DNA of 61,784 nucleotides, filler included, from Globobulimina sp. (taxonomy: Eukaryota): assembly GCA_003354225.1 (NCBI GenBank). It is 17 parts of 17 records of this genome, joined end to end, with 100 filler letters (N's around TTAATTAATTAA, not from the genome) between each part and the next. Parts side by side here need not be neighbours in the genome. Positions count along the whole stretch, not along the records: positions 10,931 to 14,472 come from PIVH01002546.1; positions 14,573 to 18,113 come from PIVH01002547.1; positions 18,214 to 21,754 come from PIVH01002548.1; positions 21,855 to 25,395 come from PIVH01002549.1; 13 more parts are not named here. One strand, 5' to 3'. The position numbers were made by a program, and so were the translations under genes. Positions 11,373-21,892 of the stretch are shown here, one piece after another. Positions within the stretch are counted from its first letter, which is position 1; the number at the start of each line of letters is the position of its first letter. The notes under the pieces were generated by a model. The model was not told where the DNA came from and ran no database searches. It saw only the letters and a list, made by a program, of their open reading frames with translations.

Positions 11373-12146
11373 TCACATTCCTGAATTAGCATCAAGATAC
11401 GCTTGAAAATATGTAACTAATTTTGTTTTAAAGTCATTTTTTAACAAACTTAATTTAAATGAATTATCCTTACCCTTTTTACCATAATTTACAATAAGCC
11501 ATATACTTAAATGTTGTACACATTCTTTAATTTCATTCTTATCAACATCAGGTTTTCCACTTTTATTTTGTTGTTTATGTTGAGATAATTTATAAAAAAT
11601 TACTAGTAACGATAAGAATTTCTCTATTTCTTCAGTCTCAATTTTCCCACTATTATTTGGATCAGATTTTGCCCAAATTTTATCCGTATTGCTCGAGGCA
11701 ATCATCTTTGTGATAAATTGCATGAATCCATTATTATCACTGCTTAATAATTGTAATGATTGTCGTCGTTTTTCTGCATTTCCTAATATGGATAATTGTG
11801 AGTCGGCTTTATTTTTATTTTTAAATATTCCACTGATAATTTCTTGCAATTCTTTGTTTTTTTTATTTGATTTATCTAACCACGATTCATATTGATTTAG
11901 TTGTAACTGAATTGTGTGATAATCGTCTTTAGATTCTTGCAATAATTCTGTTAATTCGTCATTTTCTGTTTTAGTTTTGTTATATAAATTATTTAATTCT
12001 CTATAATTTTCTTCCATTTCTTGTATTTTTTTATTTAATTCCTTGTTTTTTTTATTTAATTCATCGTTTTCATGTTGCAAACTATTGATATCTTTAATAT
12101 ACTCATTTGGTGCCTCTGTCATACAAAATCTAAAAACAGATGTCAT
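11373..12146 (-). CDS. Coiled-coil protein with an EF-hand-like loop
   Basis: Heptad-rich N-terminal half; DPNNSGKIETEE loop; start codon uncertain. Confidence 0.6.
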   Translation of the reverse strand: MTSVFRFCMTEAPNEYIKDINSLQHENDELNKKNKELNKKIQEMEENYRELNNLYNKTKTENDELTELLQESKDDYHTIQLQLNQYESWLDKSNKKNKELQEIISGIFKNKNKADSQLSILGNAEKRRQSLQLLSSDNNGFMQFITKMIASSNTDKIWAKSDPNNSGKIETEEIEKFLSLLVIFYKLSQHKQQNKSGKPDVDKNEIKECVQHLSIWLIVNYGKKGKDNSFKLSLLKNDFKTKLVTYFQAYLDANSGM

Positions 12147-12193
12147 TATTAACACAGCTAAGTAAAGTATTTTGTCAAGAAAATTGTACAGTT

Positions 12194-14005
12194 TTATGTT
12201 AATGTGTCATCTTCACCCAAATATGTTAATTGTTTAACTTGGATATGCTGAATCGGAGAATAGTTCGATTGATGGTATTTTAAAGTATACTCATTTACCA
12301 TATTTTGCTGTAATAATTTTTTATCATATTTTGCTTTAAAATATGCAAAAGCTTTAACTATTTTGTTCTTATTATTTCCACATTGTACATCAATTAGGAT
12401 TCTTTTATAATGTCCTTTCGCTCCAACCCCTTCATATTGATCTAAACCAAGCAATGTTTCATGATCTACTCTCCACATTTCACCCTTTATTTGCTTCATA
12501 TTTTCAATGTTGTTCATTTCATTTTTATTTATATCCAATAAATACGGCAAACCAGACTCGCCCATAACTAATGGATATTTATTTGATGTGACAGCTTTCC
12601 CATCAATTAATTCACCGCAGCGACTCAAATATTTCTGGTTCCAATGGTATCCACTTTTTAATGTACCATAAACAAATAATATATATTTATTTTTATTTCT
12701 TTCTACATATTCATGTTTAATCAATGGCGCAACAAAACGTTTGTATCTTCTTTTATATTTAAAGTTATTTTGATATATACAATAACCATAATATATTACT
12801 AACAATCCAATGAGACTATAAATTGTATAATCATTCAAATTTTGATATAATGAAAATGCGGATATTAAAGCAAACAACATTGCAACTACAAAATGAGTAT
12901 TATTATAAATACGATCTGCAATATCACTAAATATGACACAATGTGTCGAATATGCATTATTGTACCATTCATAATAAGTTACTGGATCTTTGGTTCTCCA
13001 GTATCTGTGATCCCAATTTGTCTCAATCAAATGCTCAATATTTGGATACCGTTCTTTTCTTATTCTGAATTCAATTTTATCTATACCCAAATCAGAGATA
13101 TTACCATCATTTTGCTTACATTTTGTGGCATGGCCATGCAATAAATCTTTGTCTTTCTCCCAATTAAACAAAGTGGCCCCCGTACACCGTCTGAAAGGAG
13201 AAAATTCAATCACTATAACCTCGTCTTTTGATTTTAAATATGCAAAATCTATCACATAACTTTGCTGTTTCAAGTATGGATGGACTGTTTTCCATTTATT
13301 ATACATCATTAATTTTAATTTATTTTTAATTTTAAATAAATATGGAAATACTCCGTAATGATCATACTGAGAGATGCATGTTATTTGATTGTTGTATATA
13401 AATACTCGGAATTCATAATCTTTGGTAACATCATCATTCCAGACACGAAATACAATTTGTTCCGGTTCGCCAAATAATATCCAATCACGTAAATCGATGC
13501 ATATTCTCTCCGATGACAGTAACTGAGCCATGGCTTCTTTGGCATTGTTTATTTTTAAATATTGCGTTTTCGAGATTGCAATCAATTTTGTATCAACATT
13601 TAGTTTATATCCACTCTCTAATAATTTATTTAATTCGTTTTTATATTTATTTTTGAGATTTTTTCTTCTATCCAATACATCGCAGTCTTTTGCGGATCGA
13701 CCACATAATCTCATAAAAGCGCCATATTTACAAAAATCATATTTTTTATGCTTTAATATTAATGATATTCTATGCTCCAAATTATTCAATATAGTTACAT
13801 CATATTTTGTAAATTGTTTCTTATTCCTTTGTAAATATCGAGCTTGGAAATAATGGACAATCGCTATTGCCTCACATCGTCGTAATGGAAGGAATACTGT
13901 TTTGAATGTAAATTGTGATATTATAGGATACCACACATCAGCATCAAATGGAAGATTTTCTTGTCTTAATTTGTGCTCGCTTGAAATTGCCAAAGTATTG
14001 GTCAT
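12194..14005 (-). CDS. CDC123/D123-like (R2K clade) ATP-grasp domain + 2 TM helices + gamma-glutamylcyclotransferase (AIG2/GGACT-like) domain
   Basis: R2K motifs FMRLCGRSAKD, SSERI..DL, EFRVFI, ISQYD, YVIDF and VIEFSPF. Two hydrophobic segments (~aa 372-412). GGCT motifs LFVYGTLK (12661-12680), IKGEMW and LDQYEG. One uninterrupted 603-aa ORF. Confidence 0.85.
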   Translation of the reverse strand: MTNTLAISSEHKLRQENLPFDADVWYPIISQFTFKTVFLPLRRCEAIAIVHYFQARYLQRNKKQFTKYDVTILNNLEHRISLILKHKKYDFCKYGAFMRLCGRSAKDCDVLDRRKNLKNKYKNELNKLLESGYKLNVDTKLIAISKTQYLKINNAKEAMAQLLSSERICIDLRDWILFGEPEQIVFRVWNDDVTKDYEFRVFIYNNQITCISQYDHYGVFPYLFKIKNKLKLMMYNKWKTVHPYLKQQSYVIDFAYLKSKDEVIVIEFSPFRRCTGATLFNWEKDKDLLHGHATKCKQNDGNISDLGIDKIEFRIRKERYPNIEHLIETNWDHRYWRTKDPVTYYEWYNNAYSTHCVIFSDIADRIYNNTHFVVAMLFALISAFSLYQNLNDYTIYSLIGLLVIYYGYCIYQNNFKYKRRYKRFVAPLIKHEYVERNKNKYILFVYGTLKSGYHWNQKYLSRCGELIDGKAVTSNKYPLVMGESGLPYLLDINKNEMNNIENMKQIKGEMWRVDHETLLGLDQYEGVGAKGHYKRILIDVQCGNNKNKIVKAFAYFKAKYDKKLLQQNMVNEYTLKYHQSNYSPIQHIQVKQLTYLGEDDTLT

Positions 14006-14281
14006 TATATAATTATCACTTGAGACGAGGTTTTTTCTCTTACAAAATACTGAAAATAGATTTTTTCGATATTAAAAGCAAAAATGCCTATAACCACTAC
14101 TGAAATATTAAATTTTTTTCGAAACGGAAATATTGAGACGAAGTATTTAGTGACATATTCTTATTTCGTACAAATACGGAAGAGCTAAAACAAAACAAAT
14201 AGTAAAAACAAAAAATAGCGAACAAATACATGATTTCAACAGGTATATAACAGATAAAAATAGTGTTTTTAATGTTTTTGT

Positions 14282-14472
14282 TTAATGTTTTTGTAGTAAT
14301 TCGTCAGATAAAATTTCCATTATGGTATTTATATTTGCATTCTTGGCATCCATTGCCTCCAATATTTGTGAAATCTCTTCGAAATCCAAATCAGTCATTT
14401 TTGCTAAAATTTTGGGATAAATGACACTATTTTCTTCTTTAATATGCTCATAAGTCTCAAAGATAAATCTTT
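14282..14472 (-). CDS. Hemerythrin-like (HHE) domain protein, C-terminal fragment
   Basis: My translation (absent from the ORF track): RFIFETYEHIKEENSVIYPKIL...QKH*. It matches the HxxxE(E)..(L/I)(F/Y)P motif. Confidence 0.5.
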
Positions 14473-14572
14473 NNNNNNNNNNNNNNNNNNNNNNNNNNNN
14501 NNNNNNNNNNNNNNNNTTAATTAATTAANNNNNNNNNNNNNNNNNNNNNNNNNNNNNNNNNNNNNNNNNNNN

Positions 14573-14964
14573 TAGGTTTATTGATGTATCCATTGGTTTG
14601 CGGTGAAAATAAAGTATCAAATAATAATATATTTAAACCAGTCATATTATCATTGTTTACAAACTTAGAAAAAATCTTATTTTATACAACTCATTGGAAC
14701 GGTGCTGAAATATATCCATTTTTATTATCATCATTTTTGAGTTTATTTTGGAGAGATATTTTGTTTGAACATAAATCATTGAAAACTATACAAATAAAAG
14801 CAACACATAAACGTAATGGAGATCGTAGTTGGATATATCATGAATATATTTTAATGAAAAGTTGGATACATCAATTAAATCAAACTATATGTAAAAGACC
14901 ATTTAAAATATCATTAAATTACGGGAATAATAAAGAAGATACTTTATGTATTGACAGAATTTAA
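14573..14964 (+). CDS. Hypothetical protein, C-terminal fragment
   Basis: Open frame from the contig start. The ending (NLEKI..DTLCIDRI*) loosely resembles 54751-55245 (NLKSF..KTLSIKRL*). Confidence 0.5.
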
Positions 14965-15256
14965 TATTAATTTTTGTTCAGACTTTTTATTTTCAACAAG
15001 TTTTTTTAAATTGTTAATTTTTTGCTGTTTGTTTCTATCGTAATATACTGCATCATTCAATATAGTCATCGAAAAGAGCAAATCCTTCAAATGTGCATGG
15101 TATATTATTTGGTGTAGGATTGGGTGCAAATGTTTTATTGTTTGTGTATTGGATGTGTTGATTGGAGAGCACATACCGATGAGCTTGAAGTGGATAATAT
15201 CCATCAAGGAATACAGAAATCCTTTCAAAATTTGTTCAGAAAGAAATGTTTTTTTT

Positions 15257-16204
15257 TTACAAATAACTAACCCATTCTGGAAACGTTATGTTAAGCCTAT
15301 TATAATCCATTTTGAACGCATTCATTACTTTCATTGCCAATTTTTTATCATAATATTTTGAATAAAATGCAGCTTTCTCCTCATTATTATTTTGGTTGAA
15401 TGACTTTGATGAATGTGATGTCTTTTCAGTAAACATAGTGTCATTGCCATTCTTCCCCCATTTTGAATAATACTCCGAAATACCAACACTTCGCATAAAC
15501 TGTAATGTACGTTCGGCGATTGATACTTTATCAAAATAAATGACATGGTCAAAATATTCAAAATATTTCTCCATTCCACAGAATGTATATTGTGGTCGAA
15601 AATGATCATTAATATCCATAATGTTTCCAATTTTAATTTTATGCAAAATCCGTTCAACAAATGTTGTGAAGTTCGTTGTTTTTGTCCCCTCGCACCAATG
15701 CCTATGATCACGGATACATTTATCATTAAAGCCAGACACCAGTCTTTCCAACGGATCCCGGAGTATAACCACTGCTTTCCACGATTTATCATTTAGTAAT
15801 TTATCAGCAATGAATTGTGCGGTCGGCTTGTATCCATTGAAGTGATTATCAACTTCAATATGAATAATTTCAATATCGTCATCGAATTGAGGTGGTTTAT
15901 TGTTAATAATTCCGACAAATAATGACTTATAAATCGTGCAGACGTTTTTAGGAATAAAACAATACAATAATTTATTGATTGGTTCTTTCATGTAATAAAT
16001 GTATTTGTTTTGCGAGAATGTATTGGTCATTTCCAGGTTGTTCATGTTAATATGTACACAGGATTCAATCTGTAATTGTTTTTGAATCGGTGCATATTTA
16101 TTTGGTTCTATTGTGAAATGCAAAAATAAAATTAATGTTACAGTCGCTGCGATTAATATGGAGATAATTATTGCTTGTATGTTATTGTGATATTTTCTCA
16201 ACAT
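15257..16204 (-). CDS. Golgi-type carbohydrate sulfotransferase (Sulfotransfer_2 / CHST-like)
   Basis: N-terminal TM anchor; 5'-PSB YCFIPKNVCT, 3'-PB LRDPLERLVSGF, DHFRPQ, and a C-terminal F.MDY..L motif. Confidence 0.9.
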   Translation of the reverse strand: MLRKYHNNIQAIIISILIAATVTLILFLHFTIEPNKYAPIQKQLQIESCVHINMNNLEMTNTFSQNKYIYYMKEPINKLLYCFIPKNVCTIYKSLFVGIINNKPPQFDDDIEIIHIEVDNHFNGYKPTAQFIADKLLNDKSWKAVVILRDPLERLVSGFNDKCIRDHRHWCEGTKTTNFTTFVERILHKIKIGNIMDINDHFRPQYTFCGMEKYFEYFDHVIYFDKVSIAERTLQFMRSVGISEYYSKWGKNGNDTMFTEKTSHSSKSFNQNNNEEKAAFYSKYYDKKLAMKVMNAFKMDYNRLNITFPEWVSYL

Positions 16205-17109
16205 TCTAACAATAAATTTAAACTTTAAAATCCCAGAAAATAAATCAGTGCGAATCTCCGGCGTTTCTGATTATGATTTCGTTTCTTTGTTGCAGCTGCA
16301 TTTATTGTTAAAGTACTAAAAAAATCAGAATAAAAAACTGAACAAAATATCGAACAATGACGAACATAGTTTTTTGTTCAATTTGTTGTTGACGCATGCG
16401 TATAATTATAAATAATGTCAAATTTTGAGATTTAATCAGAATATTAATGTAAAACAGCAAAAAAAGCAAATCAACAAACAGAATACATCAAAAATTATAA
16501 TTCCTCACAAAAAGATTAAAGTTTTTTCAAAATGATTACAATGAATACAAATATCCATTCCATCATTAATCACCACATTCATTTTCAATATCATTGCGTT
16601 TATTGAATATATATTCCTTTGCTGCAAAATACATTAAATTAAATCCTCTCAAAATCTCAAGGTCCAATCAGCTACAATTAATTACTCAAAATTCAATTCT
16701 TTCTCTGTTATATTTTAATATAAATCCACAAATTAAAACAAAACAAAATAAACAAAATCACACATCATCGCATACCGATCGCCGCAAACACAACTTTTTG
16801 TTGTTGGGCATTGTTGTGCAAAGTGCCGTGTTCCATGGTTTGTTTTGAATGAATTAATTTTCCATTGATTTCAATCTCAAAATTTCTAATATTTTAATTA
16901 TTTTATTGGTGCCGTATATAAATAACATGGAACAATACATAGTGCACATACCCTGTTACTCCGTTGTCCTGTTCACGTGATTTGTATTTTAAATAATATA
17001 CATTGAGTGATTATATATAATAAATAACTTTTTGTGAGAACACTTCAACATTTTCAGGAAATTTCTTGAGAATCAAGTCCCGCGCGGCACGGAACTTGGA
17101 GGCATAGCC

Positions 17110-17337
17110 TCAGCCGCCACACCATTGAATTTTTACGCATACCTTGGCATCAGATTTTTTCATTTCTGTTTCTATCTCAGACTCTTTGTTCTCTGTCTTC
17201 TCTTTCGACCCGAAGTCAGGGATTAGACGGTAAACGACCCATAGACATAATCCAAAGAAGACCAGTTGGACGAAATTGCCAATGAAATTATCGATGGTTT
17301 CGCCAATGCTCATGGTTGAACTTTCACCACTGCTCAT
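17110..17337 (-). CDS. Small single-pass membrane protein (possibly a first exon)
   Basis: ATG start, one TM segment, charged tail. Confidence 0.4.
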   Translation of the reverse strand: MSSGESSTMSIGETIDNFIGNFVQLVFFGLCLWVVYRLIPDFGSKEKTENKESEIETEMKKSDAKVCVKIQWCGG

Positions 17338-17478
17338 ATCTATGGAAAACTTTATTTAAAAAACATATGCATGGGCTCTTCCTTGACACCAGGAACTTGC
17401 GTGGAAAACACGTGGTGGAAATTAACTTGCGTTTGTTGTATGTAACAGCATTTAAATATCAAACCATGAACAAGGTAT

Positions 17479-17751
17479 TGAAACAACTGCATTTATCGCA
17501 GAGGTTTTATGTTTCAGGTTTTTTTATGTTTCGAGGTTTCAAGGATCCAGCAAAACAGTTCATTTTGGCAGAAGAATGGAATCAATGATTCAATGTTTCA
17601 ATGTTTCAATGTTTGTAGGTCCGACAAAATCCGATTATGTTTCTTTCATTTAATACTGCTGATCTGTATTGAAAATATTGGTCAAACCTACAAACCTCTA
17701 AACATAAAAAACATGAAACCTAAAACCTCTGCAATAAATGCAGTTGTTTCA
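17479..17751. mobile_element. Foldback/MITE-like element with ~60-bp inverted arms
   Basis: 17479-17539 and 17692-17751 are imperfect reverse complements. The arms and centre are built from degenerate 8-mers (TTCAATGT x3 at ~17589-17613). Confidence 0.6.
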
Positions 17752-18213
17752 TTATGGAAAATCATGCAAATCAATTTTTGCACGCACAAAAAATGTATAT
17801 TACCGGAACGTACTGAGTTATTTATGACAATTCTTAAATATGCGAAAAAATACGAGATAACACGCATAAAATAAGTCAATCTGCGCACCGCCAATATAGG
17901 ATGAAAATAAAAATAACAATAATGATAAATCAATTATACTCAAAGTACCAATACAAGCAAATAAAGAAATATGTTCACAAATATATGACATATATTCTTG
18001 TGATTTGATTAAAATTTCATTATATTCTTGAATACCAACCTCATTATTAGTATTTGTTAAGATTTCTTGTTTTAAATTTGAGAATTTACTTTTTTCGATA
18101 AAAAGCTCAAACTNNNNNNNNNNNNNNNNNNNNNNNNNNNNNNNNNNNNNNNNNNNNTTAATTAATTAANNNNNNNNNNNNNNNNNNNNNNNNNNNNNNN
18201 NNNNNNNNNNNNN

Positions 18214-20478
18214 TGTTGAACGTAATCTGCTTTCGCACGACACCATTTTGAAGTATTGTTCTATTTATGAGAAAATAAAAATTATTATTATCGGAATTCA
18301 TTAAAATATTGGTTGACAAATCTATACTATCCCTATGTGGTACATTTATAATTGGTGGCACAGCCAAACAAATAGCATAGCCCTGGTTTTGCCATATAAC
18401 AATCTGACTCTCCTCCAAATATTTATCAAATAATATGACAGTACGTGCATGTGCTTCAAATGTATTATCATTTGGATTTGTTTCATTTAAATACATTTTC
18501 CATTCATACTTATTATATGAAATCCTGCCATCATTCGCTAAACTTGCATCATTTATATACGTAAACATTGCCGAATGAGATAATATTTCAATCATTCTCG
18601 TATCGCTATAATTATCATAATGCACAACAGCTTCATAACCAGCATAATCCGGCGGGATTTCCAATGCATAAATACAAGAATTGTGTGGTATAAATATTTC
18701 AATGTCATCATTAATAAATGATGGTTCTCCTAAACTATCCTCACTCGAATTAAATACTATCCATTCGTCGTCACTTGTATTGTATTTCATATTTGATATT
18801 GGTAATTTTATAAAGGAATTTAAATTATTTACTTTAATATTTGTACTTAATTCATTTGCTCCGATTGGATTTAATGACCATAGCATCGGATACGCTGAAT
18901 TTGTAACCACAATCCTTATTTTATGACTCTTTGGAAATTGCCAAGTTATCCAATGCAATGGAAACGATACATTATACCATTCATTTTGTACCATTTCAAT
19001 GGGATTCAATCTGTCATCGTTCACATCATATTCATTGATAACATTTGCAGAGTTTCTATTGGCTCCAGTTACTAAAACAGATTCGTTTGTTGTTGGATTA
19101 AAATCTTCCAAACGTAGCACCCAATCCACTCTCGATATATTGATCGAGGATGAAACCTGCAACGACACAGCAACAAATCCAATGATCTCATGCATATTCT
19201 CCAATATATCTGTATCATATATTAATCCATCAATGCCATTTGTTTCATTCACAATAAATCCTAAATCAACATTTTGTCCCCACCAATTTTGCCCATATAT
19301 TCCAGAAATCGGACCATATTTCAATGTATGAATATTATTTTCAATATCCACAGTTTCAGTCAGTTTATAATTGTGTGTCAAATGCAATTTCATTTCCTGT
19401 ACATTTGGCAATTCATTATACGTTCTCCATTCCCCATTGACCACCACAACGGGATTAATTCCATCATGTCCTGGAGTATAATGCCGAACATACATTGAGA
19501 TTTTGGCTTCACTCAAAATGGAATCATTACCACCCCTCAGCCAATAATCAAACCATCGAACAGCTTCCTCCTTCCATTCAACCTTTGGATGCACAAAAGA
19601 TGTCGCAGAGAAAGCATGTTCCCAAGGGCCAATCGTCAATTTTATATTTTTAAATATCTGTTTATCCCACAAATGTATGGAATAATCCCTGTATCCATCC
19701 AACTGACCACTCCATAGATACACTGCGACATTTTCGTCATTGATGGTAAACTCAACTGATTTATTCCTCCACCATGCACTGTCCATTTGTTGCTCCACAT
19801 ATATGTGATCAGCCATGGTTGCCGATTGAATCTGTCCTCGAAAAATTGTGCATCAATGCTTGGATATCGATCTATTGTCGACGGCAAAGCTGTAGCATGA
19901 GCAGTATATATCATATAATCTGCATCAATATGTAAGGAGCCATCGACGTAATGTATATCATTGTAATATAAATCATCGGCTGCATCAAATATGAATATAG
20001 TTTTTAAATATGGGGAGGTATATATTAGTGATATAATTAATGAGTTTATGGCTGACCACGATATGCCTAACATTGCAACATTACCATTGGATGCAGGATA
20101 TTTAGTGGCTAACCATTCAATTATATATTGACCATCAGTCATCTCAATATCACTATACTCTCTATTTGGTAATGTGCCCTCTGATGAGCCAGTACCGCGG
20201 ATGTCAGCTCTTGCCATAATAAATCCTCGCCTACCAAAGTAATCGTACAATTCATAATCTTTTGAATAACAAAGTGAATCATCTTTACGATATGGCATAT
20301 ATTCAAGTAAAACTGGAAATCGTTCTGTTTCGTCGTTGCTTTTTGGTGTAGCCAATGAAATTGAAATAGCGGTATCATTTGGTGGAATGTGAATAAAAAA
20401 TCGATCAAAGTCATATTCATATGTCATGGAGGACGCTGCAGTGACAATGAGAAATGTTGCAAAGAGAGAAGCCATCAT
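18214..20478 (-). CDS. Secreted CocE/NonD (peptidase S15-like) hydrolase, 3'-partial; 2-nt frameshift at ~19798-19805
   Basis: Signal peptide, YMPYRKDD, DIRGTGSSEG, nucleophile GISWSA, DGYRD, GPWEH and a PepX_C-like KIRIVVTNSAYP. Removing one AT from ACATATATGTGGAG gives PWLITYVEQQMDSAWW. Confidence 0.88.
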
Positions 20479-20548
20479 GTTTAAAAATCTGCAATTAAAG
20501 TTTTTTTATATTTATTCAATAAACATAACTGACTGAAATCTGTAAACA

Positions 20549-20632
20549 TGATTTAAGCATTTCCCGCGAACCATTGTTACTGTTATACATTTCCCGCGAA
20601 CCATTGTTACTGATTTAAGCATTTCCCGCGAA
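20549..20632. repeat. Tandem 30-32-bp repeat (~2.7 copies) containing TTTCCCGCGAA
   Basis: CATTTCCCGCGAA occurs three times, about 70-150 bp upstream of the CocE start codon. Confidence 0.9.
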
Positions 20633-20925
20633 AACTGGAACATTTCAATTTATTACATGGCATAGGGTACATTTTTGCATTGGTTATTACAGATTCAATG
20701 ATTTCAACCATGTATTAGTATTTTAACATTTCCATTCACAGAAATATGGTATAGAAAATATTGTAATTGTTTACATGCAAAAATATGTGAATATGTGTTC
20801 AAAAACTACTTTTATTATTAAAACAACAAAAACAAATTTGTAAAAACGTACACTTCTGGATAAAATTAAAAAACAAATTCCCAATAATTATCATATTATA
20901 ATTACTAACTGCATACAGTATACAT

Positions 20926-21754
20926 TTACCCACAACTTTGCCATCCCCAGCCACAAATCATTGCACTCAATAAATACACAACAAATATAATGACACACAC
21001 AATAACACATCTTTGTTTGTATAAATCCCTACAATATCTGTAATGCAATGTCCTTGACCTATTCCTAAATGACAATGATTCATCGGCCAAGCGATCCGTT
21101 TTTGACTGCAACAATGCCATACTCTCATGTCGGTCAATAGCCATTTGAATGTTGCCTTGCACGCTTTCCTTCACCTTCTCAATATTACCAATTATTTGAT
21201 CAAACTTCGATCCTGAATTATTTCTATACGTATTGGAGCCCGACGGCGGTGGATTTGATCGCAAATCTGTATATCCTTTGTCATTGATTGGTTTCTTCTC
21301 ATCATCGTCATGTCCAATATTGATATTATTAAAACTATCCGAGGCTGATTCAACATCATCGTTGCCAATATTTTCCATCTGATCCTATAACAGCAAAATC
21401 AAATATATTTTTGGCGTAAATTGTGCAAGGATATAAACGTCATATATATGGCATTATGGCTCAACTTTCATGGATGCGCTGAACATTCGTAAATCGGATT
21501 TCATTTTTTGATCAATGCTAAATATTTGCGATGAATCGATAGAGGCAGAGTCAGATATATTGCCAGATGTGGCTTTGAATAATATGTTTAAATCTCCTCT
21601 GAATTGTTCTAGAAAGTTTCGACGGCTCGAATTTAAAAATCGAAATGCTGCTTCTCGAGTTTCTGAGGGTGTGGCAGCATACGGCAACGCTTCGGTCACA
21701 CATAAAAAAACTAAATTCTCCAATGTGGAGTTATTGTCATCTGGGTCGCATCCA
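20926..21754 (-). CDS. VAMP7-like longin R-SNARE, 5'-partial; intron 21385-21465
   Basis: Longin-like LVFLCVT..AFRFL; SNARE core VKESVQGNIQMAIDRHE..LQSKTDRL; C-terminal TM. An 81-nt GT-AG intron restores the frame. Confidence 0.85.
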
Positions 21755-21892
21755 NNNNNNNNNNNNNNNNNNNNNNNNNNNNNNNNNNNNNNNNNNNNTT
21801 AATTAATTAANNNNNNNNNNNNNNNNNNNNNNNNNNNNNNNNNNNNNNNNNNNNGGAGAGGCCTAATAACTAAAACTGAATGCAATGACTTA

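Noticed and set aside
20549-20632. CRISPR-like array
   Set aside because: Adjacent tandem units without unique spacers, a eukaryotic context and no cas genes.
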